DNA of 64,000 nucleotides. Source: Promethearchaeota archaeon. GTDB lineage: Archaea; Asgardarchaeota; Lokiarchaeia; Sigyniarchaeales; SOKP01. Shown here piece by piece: positions 59,535 through 64,000 of this stretch (position 1 is the stretch's first letter; each line of letters begins with the position of its first letter). The stretch is taken from assembly GCA_048938855.1 (NCBI GenBank), contig JBHLLT010000009.1, positions 43,955 to 107,954 on the forward strand, written 5' to 3'. Made by a program: the position numbers and the translations under genes. Below the pieces are notes generated by a model. It was not told the DNA's origin and searched no databases. It was given only the letters and a program-made list of their open reading frames with translations.

Positions 59535-61033
59535 GCGATATATCTTAGTAATAGGTCTCCTGTATAATTTAAAAATGAAGATAGTTCTCTCTTTATCTTG
59601 TCCTTTTTGCTTTCATCATCAACTAAAAATACGAAGAACATGACATTATCTTCAATTTGAATTCTTTGAAATATAATTACTGAGTCAGTTACCTTAAAGA
59701 CTGCTTCATCTTGTTTAAGAGCTTTAAATCTATCAAAAATTTTAAATAAGACAGCAAATTGAGGAGCAGATACTTCAAAAACATTAATAACTTCTGATTT
59801 TGGAATTTTAGTTAATTCCATTGCTTTATTACTGTAGTAATCAGCAAGTACTAACCCATCGGCACTCAAAAGTTGTGTTAGATAGGTTTCTGTTAATATT
59901 GAAAATTTTCTAAGATTATGGTTGATCAAATCTCTATTAGGACTTAACTTTGAGATTCCGGAAGAGAATGCACGTAAAATTGTAAAAATCTGAAAAATAC
60001 TTGTTATATAAAATTCTATATGTTCATTTTGATTAATTTCTTTTAACTTATTTTCAATAAATTCAATATTATTTTGTATTTCTTCGGTCTTCAAGAGATC
60101 TAAATCTCCTTTTGATAATATATAGACAATAGGTGTATCTTGATTGAATTCTTTAAGGACATCTTTTAGATTCTGTAGATATACAATACTTTCATCGAAT
60201 CTCTCTTTATTTTTAATATCTATAAAATAAAACATTAAATCTGCTTCATATAGATAAATTTCTGCTTTATCAATATATTTCTCTCGAAATCTTTTTTGTC
60301 CTCCTAAATCCCAAAGGAATATAGTCGCCCCTAACGCTTCAATGGATTTAATACTAGCTCCTGTTGTGGGTTTAAGACCAATCAATTTACTATATTTTCG
60401 ATCCACTGATAATAAAAAACTAGTTTTACCTGAATCATCTAAACCCGCAAATAAGATTTTCATCTTTCTATGTGTCGTAATTGGAGTTGAGGGGTTATGT
60501 TCAATTTCAATTATATTTGAAAGAAGATCTTGAAATTTTAGTTCTATTTCTTCACGTGGAGGATAAGAATCACTCATTTCTTTATCAAATTCATCGAAAA
60601 ATTTAAAAACTACTGGTTTAATCCGATTTATATTATTATATAAAAAACTGCGTTTATTTTCTTCAACTAATATTGAAAATGCTGTAGGTACTGGAGGTTT
60701 TTTAGTATCAATTCTAATAAAATGAAAATAGGTGAGTGAAGTAGTGTTAAAATCGGGATAAGGTAAAATAGCAAAATATTGAATTTTTTCAAGATCTGTT
60801 TCCTCTTGAATAAATTTATCACTAATAAATAGACTTAAGTTTTTGATGGAAATTTGTGTTATATCTCGATAAGATAAAATAAGATGATCCTGATTCTTCC
60901 TATCAATATTAAGCTCCTTTAATTCTTTCTCAGTAACGTAATTTGGGAATGTATAAATTGGCGTAGGACCTAATTCACCATACACACTAAATATGAACCC
61001 CTTTACTATTGAAGATTTAAGTAATTCTTCCAT
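59531..61033 (-). CDS. Three-domain protein: longin-like + Arf/Rag-like small GTPase + roadblock-like C-domain
   Basis: Likely ATG at 61033 (MEELLKSS). N: FSVYGELGPTPIYTFP; GTPase: AGLDDSGKTS, PTTG, WDLGGQ, SKGD; C: LLSADGLVLADYY. Confidence 0.8.
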   Translation of the reverse strand: MEELLKSSIVKGFIFSVYGELGPTPIYTFPNYVTEKELKELNIDRKNQDHLILSYRDITQISIKNLSLFISDKFIQEETDLEKIQYFAILPYPDFNTTSLTYFHFIRIDTKKPPVPTAFSILVEENKRSFLYNNINRIKPVVFKFFDEFDKEMSDSYPPREEIELKFQDLLSNIIEIEHNPSTPITTHRKMKILFAGLDDSGKTSFLLSVDRKYSKLIGLKPTTGASIKSIEALGATIFLWDLGGQKRFREKYIDKAEIYLYEADLMFYFIDIKNKERFDESIVYLQNLKDVLKEFNQDTPIVYILSKGDLDLLKTEEIQNNIEFIENKLKEINQNEHIEFYITSIFQIFTILRAFSSGISKLSPNRDLINHNLRKFSILTETYLTQLLSADGLVLADYYSNKAMELTKIPKSEVINVFEVSAPQFAVLFKIFDRFKALKQDEAVFKVTDSVIIFQRIQIEDNVMFFVFLVDDESKKDKIKRELSSFLNYTGDLLLRYIA

Positions 61034-61126
61034 GCTAGTAGATGAATTATTTTGTATTTTGCATTTTAAATTTCTTAAATTAATTAAAGTAAAGTTAATT
61101 ATTAATAACTTTATATTTAAATATAG

Positions 61127-62089
61127 ATGTTTCTTAAAAAAATCGCCGAAAGCATTAGGAATAATCAATATATCATAGAAAAAAAAGAAATTAATCCTAT
61201 TGTACAATATATTGATAACAATTCTTTTAAAAGCTCAAAAATTTTTACTGATATTGGTGAAGATTCAGCTTCAATAGAAGAAAATGAAAAGCTAATCTTA
61301 GTTACCACAGATAGAATACGCACATCATTTATTGAGAATTTTCCTTTTGGAGCAGGTTTTAGTTCCATACTTGTAAGTGTTGATGACATATATGCATGTG
61401 GAGGAACGCCTTTAGCTGCTAGTATTATTATTTCTGTTAAAGATTCTAATGTTTGTAATGAAATATTAAGAGGAATTTGTGAAGGCTCAAATAAATTTCA
61501 AGTTCCTATTATAAGAGGGCACACTAATGTTCAAACCAAATGTTTTGAGTTAAGTTCTACCATGATCGGTGAAATAGATAAAGAGGATTATATATCTGCC
61601 GGTGGTGCTCAAATTAATGATGATATTATATTAGTGGTTGATTTTGATGGAAAAATAGGAAAAGCGAGTAAACTATATTATGATACGACTACTTTTAAGT
61701 CATCAAAAGAAGTACTTAATAAAAGAAAAGCCATGAATGAGGTAGCAAAAAATCATTTACTACATGCCTCAAAAGACATCTCAAATGGTGGAATCTTTGG
61801 AACATTATTGCAAATGATCAAATATTCCGAAGTTGGAGCTGATATTAACATTAAAACAATTAAAATACCTCCGCTTTTATCCCGAAATAAATATGATTTA
61901 GAGACTTATATTAAAATGTATTTAACTACTGCGTATATAGTAACAGCCCCAGAATACAATTCTAATAAGGTAATTGAATTATTTGAAGAATATAAATTAT
62001 ATGCAAATGTAATAGGCAAAATTATTGATAAAAATAATCTATTAATGATAAATGATGGTGATAAATCTATTGAAGTTATCAAATTTTAA
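61127..62089 (+). CDS. AIR synthase-related (PurM/ThiL/SelD fold) protein, methanogenesis-marker-2-like
   Basis: IGEDSA, SILVSVDDIYACGGTP, RGHT, SKDISNGGIFGT. Confidence 0.75.
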   Translation: MFLKKIAESIRNNQYIIEKKEINPIVQYIDNNSFKSSKIFTDIGEDSASIEENEKLILVTTDRIRTSFIENFPFGAGFSSILVSVDDIYACGGTPLAASIIISVKDSNVCNEILRGICEGSNKFQVPIIRGHTNVQTKCFELSSTMIGEIDKEDYISAGGAQINDDIILVVDFDGKIGKASKLYYDTTTFKSSKEVLNKRKAMNEVAKNHLLHASKDISNGGIFGTLLQMIKYSEVGADINIKTIKIPPLLSRNKYDLETYIKMYLTTAYIVTAPEYNSNKVIELFEEYKLYANVIGKIIDKNNLLMINDGDKSIEVIKF

Positions 62090-62633
62090 AAAAAATATTA
62101 ATGGTGTAATCAGTGTAATTGGAGCAAGTGAAATTTCTAAAGATATTCGAGAAAAAACTGTTGAAATCGGGAGATTAATTGCTAAAAATAATTATGCTAT
62201 AGCATGTGGAGGACTTTCAGGTGTAATGGAAGCTGTATGTAAAGGTGCAAAAGAAGAAGGAGGTTTTACTATTGGTATAATTCCATCTATTGAGAAGACA
62301 AATGCCAATAAATATATAGATTTAGTAATTCCATGTCCGTTTTCACAAGCGAGAAATATTGTCGTTGTTCTAACTGGTGATATAGTTTTAGCAATAAGTG
62401 GTAAAGCCGGTACTTTATCTGAAATATCTTTTGCATGGATATATCAAAAACCAATTGTAGCATTAACAGAAGTAGATGGTTGGTCATCAAAAATAGCTAA
62501 CCAAAAATTAGATGATAGAAGATCTGATATAATTTATGGAGTGAAAACTCCTCAAGAGGCAATAAATAAAATAAATGAATTATTTTTAAAAATTGGGCAA
62601 AAAAAAGATTTGGATTTTATAAACAATTTCTAA
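62052..62633 (+). CDS. LOG-family Rossmann nucleotide-binding protein (TIGR00725-like)
   Basis: ISVIG, CGGLSGVMEAVCKGA, ARN, GKAGTLSEI. Confidence 0.88.
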   Translation: MMVINLLKLSNFKKNINGVISVIGASEISKDIREKTVEIGRLIAKNNYAIACGGLSGVMEAVCKGAKEEGGFTIGIIPSIEKTNANKYIDLVIPCPFSQARNIVVVLTGDIVLAISGKAGTLSEISFAWIYQKPIVALTEVDGWSSKIANQKLDDRRSDIIYGVKTPQEAINKINELFLKIGQKKDLDFINNF

Positions 62634-63388
62634 TATTTCTGTAATTTCAAAAAGAAATAATCTCCTTCTACTTTTTGATCAATAATGCTAAAACCTGTAT
62701 TTTTTGCTAAATCAATAAAATAATTAATATCTTGTTCCTTCGCAATCCAGCGTGTTCCATAACCAGTTATTACCTCTCTATCATAAATTTGGATTCTAAT
62801 TAAAACAACATATAATTCCTTTTTTTTATCTTTTCTTTTGGGGATTATTGGATCCCATATTATAAATTCTCCTTTTTCTCTTAAAACTCGACGAATTTCA
62901 TCAAAGATATTAACATGATCTTTATTAGGCATATACATGATTGAAAAAAAGGCTGTAACAGTATCAAAAGAATTATCAAGAAATTTCAACTCTTTTGCAT
63001 CCATAACGATTTTAAGACTCTCAGTGTCTCCTGCTTCAAGAGCTTCTTTAAGCTCATTTTTTCTACGATCTATTGAAACAACATTTTCTCCTTTTAATTG
63101 ACCTATTATACCTTCTCCTCCACCACCTATGTCTAGAATTCTTCCTTTCAGATTTATGGTACTTAAATTGATCTTTAGAGGGTGTGTGAAAAAAATACCC
63201 GTACCCTCTTTTTCTGTAACGAAATCTTCAATTTGTTCTTTAGTAGCATACCAATTTTCTTCAATTTTTTTTCCTTTTATCTTCCCATTTTCAAATTGAT
63301 TTCTAATAGTTTCTTCAGTTTCTCCACTTGTGAACATCTTTGCAATTTCAAAAATATCATAATATCTAACATTGTCTATTTCTCTCAT
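62630..63388 (-). CDS. HTH (MerR/excisionase-like) domain fused to class I SAM methyltransferase
   Basis: N: YDIFEIAKMF...EETIRNQFENGKIKGKKIEENWY; C: ILDIGGGGEG, MDAKELKFLDNSFD. Confidence 0.75.
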   Translation of the reverse strand: MREIDNVRYYDIFEIAKMFTSGETEETIRNQFENGKIKGKKIEENWYATKEQIEDFVTEKEGTGIFFTHPLKINLSTINLKGRILDIGGGGEGIIGQLKGENVVSIDRRKNELKEALEAGDTESLKIVMDAKELKFLDNSFDTVTAFFSIMYMPNKDHVNIFDEIRRVLREKGEFIIWDPIIPKRKDKKKELYVVLIRIQIYDREVITGYGTRWIAKEQDINYFIDLAKNTGFSIIDQKVEGDYFFLKLQKY

Positions 63389-63551
63389 AATAAACCTAGC
63401 TTTAAGCTATAATATAATTTTATTATATCTTTACCTTTTAACACACCATGCAAAATCTAAATAAGGGATGCTATAATTTTTTATCTTACAAAAAGAATAT
63501 ATTATTTATATACCAGTTACTTTTATAACTTTAAATAGGTGAAATTTAACT

Positions 63552-64000
63552 GTGGAAAAAAATATAAAACAATCCATTCTTTATTTGAAAAAGGAAGAAC
63601 CAACAACCCCTGTAACTACAAATAAGCTTTTATTTACTGGATTAGATTCGGCAGGCAAAACTAGTATAATTTTATCACTTCAGAGAGAATTCTCCAAAAT
63701 TGCTATCCTCTCTCCAACTAGAGGAGCACAAAGGCGAGTTTTTGATTTTTTGGGAAAAGAAATAGCGGAATGGGATTTAGGAGGACAATTGGCTTATCGA
63801 ATAGCCTACTTGAAAAATCCTGGTAAATATTTTGAAGGCACAGAAATTGCTATATATGTAATCGATATTCAAAACAAAGAGAGAATTGCCGAAGCAGTAA
63901 GTTATTTTAAAGATGTAATAGACCAATTTAAAAAATTAGAAATTGAACCTCCAATATATGTATTTCTACATAAATATGATCCTGCTCTTAGAAGAAGTGC
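63552..64000 (+). CDS. Arf/Rag-like small GTPase, 3'-truncated by window edge (not in ORF track)
   Basis: Translated by hand from GTG at 63552: KLLFTGLDSAGKTS, PTRG, WDLGGQ, YVID, FLHKYD; AGGTGA SD-like site upstream. Confidence 0.88.
   Translation, partial: MEKNIKQSILYLKKEEPTTPVTTNKLLFTGLDSAGKTSIILSLQREFSKIAILSPTRGAQRRVFDFLGKEIAEWDLGGQLAYRIAYLKNPGKYFEGTEIAIYVIDIQNKERIAEAVSYFKDVIDQFKKLEIEPPIYVFLHKYDPALRRS

Noticed and set aside
61034-61207. N-terminal extension of the 558-aa ORF overlapping the divergent 61127 gene
   Set aside because: Low-complexity AT-rich translation; the domain starts at MEELLKSS (61033), which removes the overlap.
1-64000. CRISPR arrays, IS elements, integrases, rRNA/tRNA genes, inteins
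   Set aside because: None recognised by eye; intergenic regions are short and AT-rich. A tRNAscan/Infernal run would be needed to exclude small RNAs.

Overview
AT-rich, gene-dense archaeal chromosome fragment, most likely Asgard archaea (Lokiarchaeia/Promethearchaeota-like). This is inferred from gene content: an actin-family gene, four small GTPases (three fused to longin/uDENN-like domains), TFB/TBP paralogues, an archaeosortase with a C-terminally sorted substrate, an MtrH homologue and F420-type LLM oxidoreductases. I saw no rRNA, tRNA, CRISPR array or mobile element. Most genes are housekeeping or amino-acid fermentation/redox functions. Main observations: (1) a coiled-coil + proline-rich + C-terminal WH2-like protein directly upstream of a divergent actin gene, resembling a eukaryotic actin regulator/nucleation-promoting factor; (2) two tandem P-type ATPases with P2A-type cytoplasmic motifs whose M4 motif (NIVPINLP / DLMPLNIP) resembles the P4 lipid-flippase PISL signature rather than PEGL, with M6 Ca2+ ligands lost; (3) longin-domain small-GTPase fusions, one retaining a FLCN/SMCR8-like arginine-finger motif and one combining longin, Rag/Arf-like GTPase and roadblock-like domains; (4) an unannotated 27-aa double Cys-Cys peptide under a Cys-rich MarR regulator with a perfect operator palindrome; (5) a Top3-beta-like zinc-finger tail. 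All family calls come from motif recognition by eye; no database search was run.
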